A stretch of DNA of 64,000 bases from Candidatus Thorarchaeota archaeon. GTDB lineage: Archaea > Asgardarchaeota > Thorarchaeia > Thorarchaeales > Thorarchaeaceae. The notes beneath the pieces were generated by a model that was not told the origin of the DNA, ran no database searches, and was given only the letters and a program-made list of their open reading frames with translations. Numbering within the stretch: the stretch's first letter is position 1; every line of letters starts with the position of its first letter. Below are positions 19,924 through 29,025 of the stretch, piece by piece. Location: contig JAFGAR010000025.1 in assembly GCA_016933575.1 (NCBI GenBank), forward strand, positions 1 to 64,000. The letters run 5' to 3'. The position numbers and the translations under genes are program-made.

Positions 19924-21681
19924 TCAGACCAATTGGAAGATACTCACTATTACGATAGCAAAAATCATTGCATTTAGTAGAGCTGGGGTGAGTGTGCTTC
20001 TTGTTATTCCTCCAACCCACACTGAAATTAGTGTAGCTAAGCCAAACAATACTGCGAAAGGCAACATGAGTAGTGCGATGAACATGACAAAACCAAGCTG
20101 AGCTCCAGCTAGGAATGGGACATACAGAAAAATAACCAGGAGCATATATCCCAATAAACGACTAACTATAGCTTTTATTCCTCTTGTAGCTATATCTTGT
20201 AAGGAAGACCATTCAGTAGTAATTCCAACAGTCGCATTCAACCAAATTGTATCACTATAGAAGAGCGGCAACAGAAGGAAGGTCAATGGGATCATATAGA
20301 TGAATCTAAAGATGGCTGCGCCACTATCAGCTGCAAATGTGATTATGAGGGGGTTATCCAGCAGGTTTCTGGTCACAATTGAGAATCCAAATATCCATAT
20401 TAAAACTGGAAGAATAAGAATGAATGACCTATATAGATTCCTGAGGTAATGCTGTCGTCCAGATGTGAATTCTATTGTTAGCTTTCCTACTAGTTCTCTT
20501 CCTAGTATTCTTCTAGATAGTCGGACAACAGTCACCCCTGTTACGATGGAAATAAGCGAAAGTGCAGTCCCAAAAGACACGGGAATGAGCGAGAGACCTG
20601 AGAATTCGAATATGAAACCCATAAGCATTAAGACTAGTAGCAAGATAGAGGTCGCTGTACCGATGATCAGACTATAACGCAAAGATGGTCTTGATTCAAG
20701 AGCTGCAGGTACTTCATACATCTTCTGTGGTGTGAGATGACTTGGAAGATGTGAATTTGTGATGAGGATAATTGGGAAGATTGACAAAACAAAGGAGATT
20801 GATGCAATAACATCCAAAAGTGAAACAAATTGATAGATATGTTGAGTGGGGTCCAACATTGATTGCTCAGTTTGAGCCTCTCCCTGAAGAGCCCTCCCTA
20901 GCCAGTCTATTGATTCGGATATGATGACTGCATCCGACATCTCAAACAAATGGTTCGTGTTACTGAAGACGAGTTTTCTTGCAGTACCTTCTGTAAAGTT
21001 ACCATAGATTACTCCGGGACTGGGAGTACTCATACCAGTTGCAGTCTGAAGTGTTTCTAATGCTAATGCTGGTGTGACAAGCTCATCGAACGTGCCTGAA
21101 GCAATCATGAGATTCCGTGGTGTCGATTGATTGATTGGCAAAACAAGCCCACCAAATTGGTCTCCCATTCCTCCTCCAATGATGATGGTGCTTTCAGGAG
21201 TTACTGATACGTTACTGAAGAGCAGTGTAATCCCAGCCCCCAAGGAGTGACCTAATACACCATAGACTGTATCATCGGTGTTTGGATCATTAAGCTGTAC
21301 GTATCTGACAGCTTCATATGCATCCATAACTGCTTCGAAAAAAGTGTCGAAACCAAAACGTTCTGAAGACCTCCCATGGCCAGCAATGTCCACTGAAACC
21401 ACTGTAAAGTTCCTACGTGCAAGCTCAATATTGAACGAATCCATCATTGCCCCAGAACTTGATATTCCATGGATTGTGAGGACTGCGGGAAGTGGCTGAC
21501 CATACGTGTCCCCTGTAGGTCTGTATGTTCTAAAACTAACCACTCGCCCATTACTTCTCACTATCTCATGTTTCTCAATAACGATATCTCCAAATGCTCT
21601 ACGAGTGTACCAACTCGCAGAGAGTGACAGAACTAGGATAATTAGAAGAACGAGTAATATTTGGTACCTTTTACGTATCAG
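19924..21681 (-). CDS. Membrane-anchored alpha/beta hydrolase with C-terminal multi-TM domain (extended to a CTG start)
   Basis: IHGISS oxyanion, GHSLG nucleophile, GTFDELV, NHLFE; frame open 40 codons upstream of track start, encoding a signal anchor. Confidence 0.8.
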   Translation of the reverse strand: MIRKRYQILLVLLIILVLSLSASWYTRRAFGDIVIEKHEIVRSNGRVVSFRTYRPTGDTYGQPLPAVLTIHGISSSGAMMDSFNIELARRNFTVVSVDIAGHGRSSERFGFDTFFEAVMDAYEAVRYVQLNDPNTDDTVYGVLGHSLGAGITLLFSNVSVTPESTIIIGGGMGDQFGGLVLPINQSTPRNLMIASGTFDELVTPALALETLQTATGMSTPSPGVIYGNFTEGTARKLVFSNTNHLFEMSDAVIISESIDWLGRALQGEAQTEQSMLDPTQHIYQFVSLLDVIASISFVLSIFPIILITNSHLPSHLTPQKMYEVPAALESRPSLRYSLIIGTATSILLLVLMLMGFIFEFSGLSLIPVSFGTALSLISIVTGVTVVRLSRRILGRELVGKLTIEFTSGRQHYLRNLYRSFILILPVLIWIFGFSIVTRNLLDNPLIITFAADSGAAIFRFIYMIPLTFLLLPLFYSDTIWLNATVGITTEWSSLQDIATRGIKAIVSRLLGYMLLVIFLYVPFLAGAQLGFVMFIALLMLPFAVLFGLATLISVWVGGITRSTLTPALLNAMIFAIVIVSIFQLV

Positions 21682-21726
21682 TCAGATCACACCCATTTTT
21701 GCTAGTTCTGGCCCTTCTTGAAGGTT

Positions 21727-22395
21727 TCAAAACGGTCTATGGGTAAAGAGATGGACCTTTGTCACTTGCCTAGTAACTTCTTTTGAGTCTCTGGCTTTCA
21801 TCTCTTTTTTAGACTTTACAGCGTCTTCCATCGTTGTGTCAAGATCATCTTTCGACACATTCAGATGGATTTCATCTTTGATAGAATCTATCGTATTTCC
21901 GGGAACAATTATATCCACATCTGTTTTCAAACCTAGGGCTTCAAGTTTCTCTTCAATGAATCCTCCACCGACAATCATCGAAACAGAACCATCCATGTCA
22001 AAATCAATATCTATGACATGCCCGATATTGTGTCCATCCTTGTCAACGATTTTTGTCTTTTCAAGAGTTGAGTAGCGAATTTCATCCTCTGAAATTGCGC
22101 CCTTGTCCAGAGTCGTCTTAAGGCTATTTACAGACGTATCTAAGTGAACGTTAGTATCGATTCTCTTAATCAACGTACTATCAAAAACTGGGTCTCTATC
22201 CTCCCTAATTTTGAGGGACTCAAGTAGTTCCTCCCATCTAGGACCTGCAAGTATGAATTTTGAGATTTTCAAGTTACCATCGAAAGTAAAAGTCAAATCT
22301 CCGATATTGCCGATCTTCAGACCCTTTGAGTCCAAAACATCAGCTTTCATAATCTCTTTGCAACAAATGGATCTTTCCATCTTCATTTGTATCAA
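21727..22395 (-). CDS. Tandem PRC-barrel protein
   Basis: Two repeats: VLDSKGLKIGNIGDL and IVDKDGHNIGHVIDI. Confidence 0.8.
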   Translation of the reverse strand: MIQMKMERSICCKEIMKADVLDSKGLKIGNIGDLTFTFDGNLKISKFILAGPRWEELLESLKIREDRDPVFDSTLIKRIDTNVHLDTSVNSLKTTLDKGAISEDEIRYSTLEKTKIVDKDGHNIGHVIDIDFDMDGSVSMIVGGGFIEEKLEALGLKTDVDIIVPGNTIDSIKDEIHLNVSKDDLDTTMEDAVKSKKEMKARDSKEVTRQVTKVHLFTHRPF

Positions 22396-22551
22396 CCTTA
22401 CAAAGCGTATATCGTCACCGAGAATTAAGCTCTTCGATATTTCAAAAACTATTTGAGACTAAATCATACACTGTCACCTATTAAAATAAAGATGATATTG
22501 CTTAAAGCATGCTCTTTATTTTTTCCTCTAGCCCTCCCACCGTGATTTCTG

Positions 22552-23103
22552 ATGAAGACGTATGTTTTTCTCTATGACAAGTTCGCAAATTTTGAGATAG
22601 CACCACTTCTTCTATTTCTACGAGAGAAGAGTGAGGTTATCACCTTTTCATTCGAACGCGGTTTTCAAAGCTGTGAGGAACAACTGAAGGTTGTGGTTGA
22701 TCGTTCTATCGACGAGGTCGATGCAAATGATGTTGATTTACTCGTTATTCCTGGCGGGAACCCAGAACCGTATAAAGACCGCACCGATTTTCATGATTTC
22801 TTGAGGAGTGTAAACGCAAATGGACGATTAATTGCAGCAATCTGTGGTGGTCCCGGGTTTCTAGCCCATGCAGGACTCCTTAATGGCAAAAGAATTGCCC
22901 ATGGTTATGCTCCTGAAGACGCACCGCGTGTATTTGATGGTAGTATTATTACTGACGAGGATGTCATCGTGGAAGGAAACATTATCACTGCTCGTGGACA
23001 AGCTTACGCAGAATTCGCAGTAGAAGTATATAGAAAGCTTGGTTTCTTTAAAGATGAGCATGAAGCAAGGGAAACATTGGACTGGTTAAAGAATAGTCGA
23101 TAG
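22552..23103 (+). CDS. DJ-1/PfpI family protein
   Basis: FANFE, LVIPGG, IAAICGGP, GNIITARG. Confidence 0.9.
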   Translation: MKTYVFLYDKFANFEIAPLLLFLREKSEVITFSFERGFQSCEEQLKVVVDRSIDEVDANDVDLLVIPGGNPEPYKDRTDFHDFLRSVNANGRLIAAICGGPGFLAHAGLLNGKRIAHGYAPEDAPRVFDGSIITDEDVIVEGNIITARGQAYAEFAVEVYRKLGFFKDEHEARETLDWLKNSR

Positions 23104-23210
23104 ATGTCTACTCTTCTGTTTACTATTGTTATTGTTACTGTAGCATCACAGTCACACATGCTTAAATCCTTCTTTACATAGATGTTTTTTGAAATTATGG
23201 GGAGATACTC

Positions 23211-23456
23211 ATGATAAGTACTACTGAGCTTCAGCATGAAACGAAGGCCCACAAGCTCACTAAAAGCCAAGCTATTGTTCTTTCGATATTAAGAACTAGT
23301 GGACAAAATGGTGTGACACCAAAGCAGTTGCTTGATGAGGTGTCCTTTGCTCCAAGAACGGTCAGGTATGCCTTACGAAAACTACTCAAGAAGAAGTTAA
23401 TCAAACGATATCCGTGTCTACAAGATATGCGTCAATGGATCTACATTCCGATGTGA
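23211..23456 (+). CDS. Small archaeal winged-helix (MarR-like) protein
   Basis: APRTVRYALRKL...DMRQWIY. Confidence 0.8.
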   Translation: MISTTELQHETKAHKLTKSQAIVLSILRTSGQNGVTPKQLLDEVSFAPRTVRYALRKLLKKKLIKRYPCLQDMRQWIYIPM

Positions 23457-23464
23457 ATTGAGAA

Positions 23465-24889
23465 CTAACCTGCTCTAATCTCAATCTTTCCTATACTCTT
23501 GTCTTTTCCAGCAAAGAGAACCTTTCCATGAGCTTTGACCAGTTCAGAATAGACATCTATTGGGTTGTCCACCTTGGTCAGTGTATCTGCATTGTATGCA
23601 CAAATAGCTGTCATGGGAATGTCAAGAACAGCATGTAGTTTGTGTTCATATTCTATCAGTTCTTCAACAAGATTGTGGTCTATAAAACAACTCATTTCTC
23701 CAGTGACCCGCATTCCACTGAATCCCTTTGACATAGCTTGGTCATACGCCTCGCTCCAACTATTCATTACATTATCAATATTGAAATTACCATCCTTGAT
23801 ATACATCTCATCATATGACATGATATTCAGAGCACCATTGTTTTCATACCTAATAACATCGATTCCAAAATCTTTCATTGCTGCTTTTATATCCCCAGTT
23901 GACTCCTCGGAACAGACATATATTGCAGCCTCTCCTCTCTTAAGTCCCCTATCTATGTAAGAGAACAATGTGTTATGTTTTGCTTCCCTTGACTCGTATA
24001 TGAGAATCACATGGTCTCTCGGCTTCAATCGCTTCAGAATTCTCATCAATTTTTCATCTGATGTTGCCTTATGTTCCCTCCAATCAATGGATTCGTGATG
24101 AAGCTCGTTAAAGTCTCGTTGCACGATACCTACTAAGCTTGAATCATCAGTCCAAAGACATCTACCGTCTGGAATCGTACTTCCAGAAGAAGTTGTTATC
24201 AATGCCTGATGTGAATCGAAGATAACATAGTTTCCAGTTAATGATTCAAAATATCGTATTTCAAACGAGTCTTCTGGCAGGTGCTTCCTTAAGGTATCAG
24301 GAATGAGATTCGCATTATCTGGATATTCAGTAATTATTCTGATCTTCACATCTCGTTTCTTTGCCATTATGAGATCATCTGCGAATGTTAACACAAATCT
24401 AAATGCATTCTCAAAAGTATCAACAAAGTCGACTGAGTACTCTGCACGGTTGATCAGGAATGTTATCCTCTTTTCCAGAGCATCTTTCTCTGATATCAAC
24501 GTGAAATGTGGTTTTTCTTCTGTAATTTTTGTATCTTCTGGTTCTTGCTGGAATTTCTTCAATAGCTCGTTCTTCTTTGCTAATAACCTACGAATCTCAT
24601 TGTTGGCATCTTCTTCCTTACGTTCAATTAGAATAGATAATACGTCTTCAATTGGCAAAGCTCTAACTTTAGAAGGTCTACCCAAAACGCGTTCGATAAA
24701 TCCTGCTCTCTCAAGCTTCGGGATTGTTCTATAGACCTCCTCACGACGAATTCCTGTGGCTTTCGCGATGTTACTGGCAGTAGTGAGACCAAGTCTGTGT
24801 ACAGAGAGATAGACTCTTGCCTCATATGGAGAGAGTCCAAATTCTGATAGCGTCTTTGTGCTATCGTTCAGATTTGGCAAAACGTTCAC
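23465..24889 (-). CDS. TrmB-family regulator fused to a C-terminal MEDS sensory domain
   Basis: FGLSPYEARVY TrmB HTH, PLD-like effector domain, HVILIYE...RVTGEM...YE...AICAY MEDS. Confidence 0.85.
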   Translation of the reverse strand: MNVLPNLNDSTKTLSEFGLSPYEARVYLSVHRLGLTTASNIAKATGIRREEVYRTIPKLERAGFIERVLGRPSKVRALPIEDVLSILIERKEEDANNEIRRLLAKKNELLKKFQQEPEDTKITEEKPHFTLISEKDALEKRITFLINRAEYSVDFVDTFENAFRFVLTFADDLIMAKKRDVKIRIITEYPDNANLIPDTLRKHLPEDSFEIRYFESLTGNYVIFDSHQALITTSSGSTIPDGRCLWTDDSSLVGIVQRDFNELHHESIDWREHKATSDEKLMRILKRLKPRDHVILIYESREAKHNTLFSYIDRGLKRGEAAIYVCSEESTGDIKAAMKDFGIDVIRYENNGALNIMSYDEMYIKDGNFNIDNVMNSWSEAYDQAMSKGFSGMRVTGEMSCFIDHNLVEELIEYEHKLHAVLDIPMTAICAYNADTLTKVDNPIDVYSELVKAHGKVLFAGKDKSIGKIEIRAG

Positions 24890-25122
24890 CTGATGCCATT
24901 AAATGATGCTTATCCAATACACCCCATCGTATTTTAGAATATTGATTCAAAAAGCTCACCTCCTGATAAAAAAAAACAACTATCATTCTGGTATATACTT
25001 CCAAAGATTGTTCAATTTTCCGATTTTTCCCATACAAGTCTGTATCACTGAGAGAATATAACATCTCAAGTTCTTCATGTTCCATCTGATTTCACGTTTT
25101 AGAGTGACATTGAGGTGTCAAA

Positions 25123-25590
25123 ATGGTCAAGCAATGTGGTTCATGCGGATCAACTGATAATCTCCAGTATGTCTACGACTCATTCTGTGAGAGTGGTGAA
25201 TGGCGATGCAATACCTGTCTTGGCACACGTTTTCCAGAAGGATCTCGTATTGTAAGATTTACGGACACATCGCTACCACATCGACCAACCTACTACATGG
25301 TTGTCGAGTCACAGGAAGATTTGGATCTCATTATGACCGTGGGCGAAAGGGCGCAAAGGCTTGGAGCTAAGGGAATCGAGGCTTGTTTCTATACTACTCT
25401 TAAACAGGGGCGTCCTGTTGGACCAAATGCCTTCAGTCTGGGTCATTCAGATAGTGAAACAAAATTGCGTGCATATGTTGACAGTCTTAGAATGCATCTA
25501 GAAACCTCTGAAAAATTCCACATTCTTCATGAAGAGCCGCTTCCCCCTATCGTATGGTCGAAATCAATGCATACGAGTATAGTTAAGTAA
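25123..25590 (+). CDS. Hypothetical protein with N-terminal zinc finger
   Basis: CGSC...CNTC; SD GAGGTG. Confidence 0.65.
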   Translation: MVKQCGSCGSTDNLQYVYDSFCESGEWRCNTCLGTRFPEGSRIVRFTDTSLPHRPTYYMVVESQEDLDLIMTVGERAQRLGAKGIEACFYTTLKQGRPVGPNAFSLGHSDSETKLRAYVDSLRMHLETSEKFHILHEEPLPPIVWSKSMHTSIVK

Positions 25591-25611
25591 AGGATTATTC
25601 ATTATGTTTTC

Positions 25612-26205
25612 ATGCAGCTTGAACCGATTAATTACGTCTTCATGATTGGCGACTTCGCTGTCGCAGGCCTCCTCATTGCTTATTTCTCTTGGGCTTATTC
25701 AAAAGGGAAGATACCTAAATCATACTTCTGCATGTTCTGGATTGGTTGTTTGATTGGTGCAACGTGGGAGTTTACATTCTATTTCCTTGGTGATAGTTTT
25801 GCACACGCTACTGTAGAATGGCCTTGGGGTCTATCTGGATGGCCAAAGAAGCTCAGTCATTCCATCTGGGATGGTGGGATTTTCATGGTTGGCGTGTGGT
25901 TCTGCCTCAAACTACTTGGTCCAGAGTCTCGTTTCATAAAGTGGAATTGGAGAGAATTCTCGATAATGTGGAGCTGGGGGATAGGTTCCGAATTATTGGT
26001 TGAGTACTTATTTAACGGTCGTGTTTGGATCTATGAACCACTACCATGGAATCCTGTCATCATTCCACCATTACCCGGTTCTGCAACAACAGTTGGTTAT
26101 ACCTTGATTCCTCAGGCTGTCTGGGTAATCGCTCCAATTGTGTTCTATCTCATATTTTTGAGACTTGACAGACGATTGAGAATGAAGCAAATCGAAGGGG
26201 AATAA
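25612..26205 (+). CDS. Trp-rich integral membrane hypothetical protein
   Basis: About 5 TM with intramembrane Glu/His/Asp (TWEF, HSIWDG, SELLVE). Confidence 0.7.
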   Translation: MQLEPINYVFMIGDFAVAGLLIAYFSWAYSKGKIPKSYFCMFWIGCLIGATWEFTFYFLGDSFAHATVEWPWGLSGWPKKLSHSIWDGGIFMVGVWFCLKLLGPESRFIKWNWREFSIMWSWGIGSELLVEYLFNGRVWIYEPLPWNPVIIPPLPGSATTVGYTLIPQAVWVIAPIVFYLIFLRLDRRLRMKQIEGE

Positions 26206-26208
26206 TGT

Positions 26209-26370
26209 TCAACTAGGTCTGAATCTTCTGCCGCACTTAGGACAAGTAACCAAGACACTTCTGTTATCCTGTTCTTCTAGATCAAAGCTTGCCTGACAGA
26301 ATGGACAAGTTGTCCCTGACAAGACTCTGTCTGCATGCCAGATGCGTAAGAAACCACGAAATCTACTCAT
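26209..26370 (-). CDS. 53-aa zinc-ribbon microprotein (CPFC...CPKCG), not in ORF track
   Basis: MSRFRGFLRIWHADRVLSGTTCPFCQASFDLEEQDNRSVLVTCPKCGRRFRPS*; purine-rich GAAGGA upstream. Confidence 0.7.
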   Translation of the reverse strand: MSRFRGFLRIWHADRVLSGTTCPFCQASFDLEEQDNRSVLVTCPKCGRRFRPS

Positions 26371-26474
26371 CTATCGTTCCTTCACAATGGAATATGCTTG
26401 AAATCTGATAAAGCTTAACGCATAAGTACAGATTCTTATGAGGATACGATGAACAACGCAGAGAGGCGCAATAA

Positions 26475-27620
26475 GTGAACTCCTACTACGGATATGAGGT
26501 CGGGCCAATCAGACCCCCCAGTGAGGCATATAGTCTGTTAGTTAGAGTCACTCGAAACTGCCAATGGAATCGATGTAGTTTTTGTCCTGTATACAAGACC
26601 TCCGAGTTCTCTCTTCGTAATGTCGATGACATCATCCATGACATAGATCTCGTGAGTAAACATCTATTGAAGATCAGAGATACCTTCGATTCTCCAATGA
26701 ATGCAACCCCTCAACAGCTGTGGGATCTCACAAAACAAGTTGACCCCCTGGAACTTCCAGCATTTGATTATGCACTGAAATGGTTCAGAGATGGGATGAC
26801 CTCTGTATTCCTTCAAGATGCTGATGCTCTTCTCATGGGCACTTATGATATTGTCAAAATTCTAGAGCATCTTCGTGAGAATTTCCCATGGATTGACCGT
26901 GTGACCACGTACTCTCGCTCCAGTACACTGAACAAAATGAGCGATGAGGAACTTATGCACATTAAAAATGCAGGTCTCACAAGAGTGCATGTTGGCTTAG
27001 AGTCTGGCTCCGATTCAGTTCTCAAACTGGTAAAGAAAGGGGCATCAAAGGACATTCATATCAAGGCAGGACAAAGAGTACGACGTGTAGGCCTTGAATT
27101 ATCCGAATACGTGATGCCTGGTCTGGGCGGACGTGAATTATCTCATGAACATGCAATTGAAACTGCGGATGCGTTGAACCAGATAGATCCTCATTTCATA
27201 CGACTGCGACCCCTTGCACTGACTCCCCGTGCACCGCTTTATCAGGTATATGAACATGGAGATTTCCACCGAATTAATGACATCGATTTGACTCGAGAAC
27301 TTATCACACTCATTGAGAACCTAGATGCCATTACTAGTAGAATTGTAAGCGATCATATACTGAACCTTTTCACAGATATTGAAGGACAAATGCCTAATGA
27401 CAGAGGCCGCTTAATTGAGAAGCTCCAGCGATTCTTAGATTTAGACTCAGAGAACCAACTTCTCTATCGCTTAGGTCGAAGATTGAATATCTTTGAGAAG
27501 ATCGATGATATGCAGAATACTGGACGACTCGAACGCGTAAGAATGATTGTTCGAGACCAAGGAGTAAATGCTGGGAATATAGATCAAATTATTGATAGTC
27601 TCATGGCACGATTCATCTGA
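26475..27620 (+). CDS. Radical SAM protein
   Basis: IRPPSEAYSLL, CQWNRCSFC (CxxxCxxC), GLESG, KKG. Confidence 0.9.
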   Translation: MNSYYGYEVGPIRPPSEAYSLLVRVTRNCQWNRCSFCPVYKTSEFSLRNVDDIIHDIDLVSKHLLKIRDTFDSPMNATPQQLWDLTKQVDPLELPAFDYALKWFRDGMTSVFLQDADALLMGTYDIVKILEHLRENFPWIDRVTTYSRSSTLNKMSDEELMHIKNAGLTRVHVGLESGSDSVLKLVKKGASKDIHIKAGQRVRRVGLELSEYVMPGLGGRELSHEHAIETADALNQIDPHFIRLRPLALTPRAPLYQVYEHGDFHRINDIDLTRELITLIENLDAITSRIVSDHILNLFTDIEGQMPNDRGRLIEKLQRFLDLDSENQLLYRLGRRLNIFEKIDDMQNTGRLERVRMIVRDQGVNAGNIDQIIDSLMARFI

Positions 27621-27638
27621 TGCATATCCCTTTGTCTA

Positions 27639-27878
27639 TCACTTGCGCGATCTCTCATTGCCTCGCTTGAAATTGCCTGTGGTCTTTGCCATAATGAGTT
27701 GAGCTTCTATTCCACCCACCTCTGCAATCTGTTCTATGAACTTTAGAGCACGTGCCTTTCTCAGAATAGTCACACAAGATCCGTTCCAAAAGATATGGAC
27801 CTCTCCATTTGCTTTCTTCCAAGAATATGGTTCGTCCTCAAGTGCACCTCGAGGATTTCTCTTCTGCAATTTAGACAC
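27639..27878 (-). CDS. Small hypothetical protein
   Basis: Compact ORF with SD GGAG; C-terminal [18 protein letters not shown] resembles a conserved small prokaryotic family. Confidence 0.65.
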   Translation of the reverse strand: MSKLQKRNPRGALEDEPYSWKKANGEVHIFWNGSCVTILRKARALKFIEQIAEVGGIEAQLIMAKTTGNFKRGNERSRK

Positions 27879-27959
27879 TCCATTCCAATCAATATTTCTC
27901 GGTATATATTTAACCCGGAGTTATGGTCCAGTCTGTAGATTCTCTGGAGGAGAGACTGA

Positions 27960-28334
27960 ATGCAACCTTGGCTATTTGGACTTGGACTTGATGCAATCCT
28001 GTTGATGATTGCACTGATCTTCATTCTGAACCTACTCATTCAAGGACTATTCCTTGGAGTTGGTCTGGGTGTTGTAAATGGTAAGAATCGAGATATAGGT
28101 GACACCTTTGTCACAGCTCTTCTCATGTCACTCGTGATTTGGATTCCCTGCCTAGGCTGTATACTGGCTTGGTATTTTATCAAGAGTAGACATGGTGTTG
28201 GTTGGGGCGGGGCATTGATTGCTTGGATTGTTGGTGGAATTATCCAGATTGTAGTGATGATTCTGATCTTAATGCTATTCTTTGGTACAATCATTGCAGC
28301 CATCTTTGGTGCTCTAATTCCATTCATGCCATAG
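27960..28334 (+). CDS. Small 3-4 TM membrane protein
   Basis: Hydrophobic ORF, SD GGAGG. Confidence 0.7.
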   Translation: MQPWLFGLGLDAILLMIALIFILNLLIQGLFLGVGLGVVNGKNRDIGDTFVTALLMSLVIWIPCLGCILAWYFIKSRHGVGWGGALIAWIVGGIIQIVVMILILMLFFGTIIAAIFGALIPFMP

Positions 28335-28348
28335 AGTGCTAGGTCGTA

Positions 28349-29011
28349 ATGAACGTGGACGAGAATAGCAAGAACTCAAGGTCTTGCGAAGACGTCCTTG
28401 ATGATGTGACTCGTGGCGAACTCCTACTCGATATGCGTCGAGTGGTTCGCCACCCTATTCATTTTGTGAAGATCACAGACCCATTCATTACAGCGCACCA
28501 TCCCTTTTGCTCTCACTTTGATGGGCATATTGTGACAATTAGGGGGAGAAAATGGTGTATCGGATGTACATTCAACTCGATTTCATTTTTTGGAACCATG
28601 CTCTTTCTCTTTGCAATCTGGACTTTTAATCCCACTCTCTTGAATCGATTCTATCTATTCTGGGGTGGAGTTGGTCTGTCTATTGTCTATTTTCTTGTAA
28701 GTTCTACTGGTATCACTGAGAATCGTAAAAGAGCAAAGATACTCTCAAAGTTTCTACTTGGGTCAGGTTTTGCAAGTATATGTTGGTCGATTCTTCTCAT
28801 CGAGCTAGTTTCTTTTACTCTAGCCCTCAAACTTCTGTTCATCCTTATTCTCTATCTTGGATTCATAACCCTGCTGAACATCAAGAGGAGCCTGGAGATA
28901 TTTAGAGAGTGTAGAAACTGTGAGTACAAGATGCGTTGGAGTAAATGTCCGGGATTCAGAGATGTTGCCTGTAAATTGATTGATGGGGGATATATCCACG
29001 CGAAAAATTAG
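28349..29011 (+). CDS. Cys/His-rich 4-TM membrane protein (DUF2085-like)
   Basis: HHPFC...WCIGC before TM1; CRNC...CPG after TM4. Confidence 0.6.
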   Translation: MNVDENSKNSRSCEDVLDDVTRGELLLDMRRVVRHPIHFVKITDPFITAHHPFCSHFDGHIVTIRGRKWCIGCTFNSISFFGTMLFLFAIWTFNPTLLNRFYLFWGGVGLSIVYFLVSSTGITENRKRAKILSKFLLGSGFASICWSILLIELVSFTLALKLLFILILYLGFITLLNIKRSLEIFRECRNCEYKMRWSKCPGFRDVACKLIDGGYIHAKN

Positions 29012-29025
29012 ACTCAGGTCACCAA

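Noticed and set aside
21682-21696. In-frame TGA as selenocysteine
   Set aside because: Codon 5 of a signal region, no redox motif, no SECIS seen; CTG start is simpler
24861-25085. 74-aa ORF upstream of TrmB-MEDS
   Set aside because: Lies in an AT-rich divergent promoter region, overlaps the TrmB start, no motif
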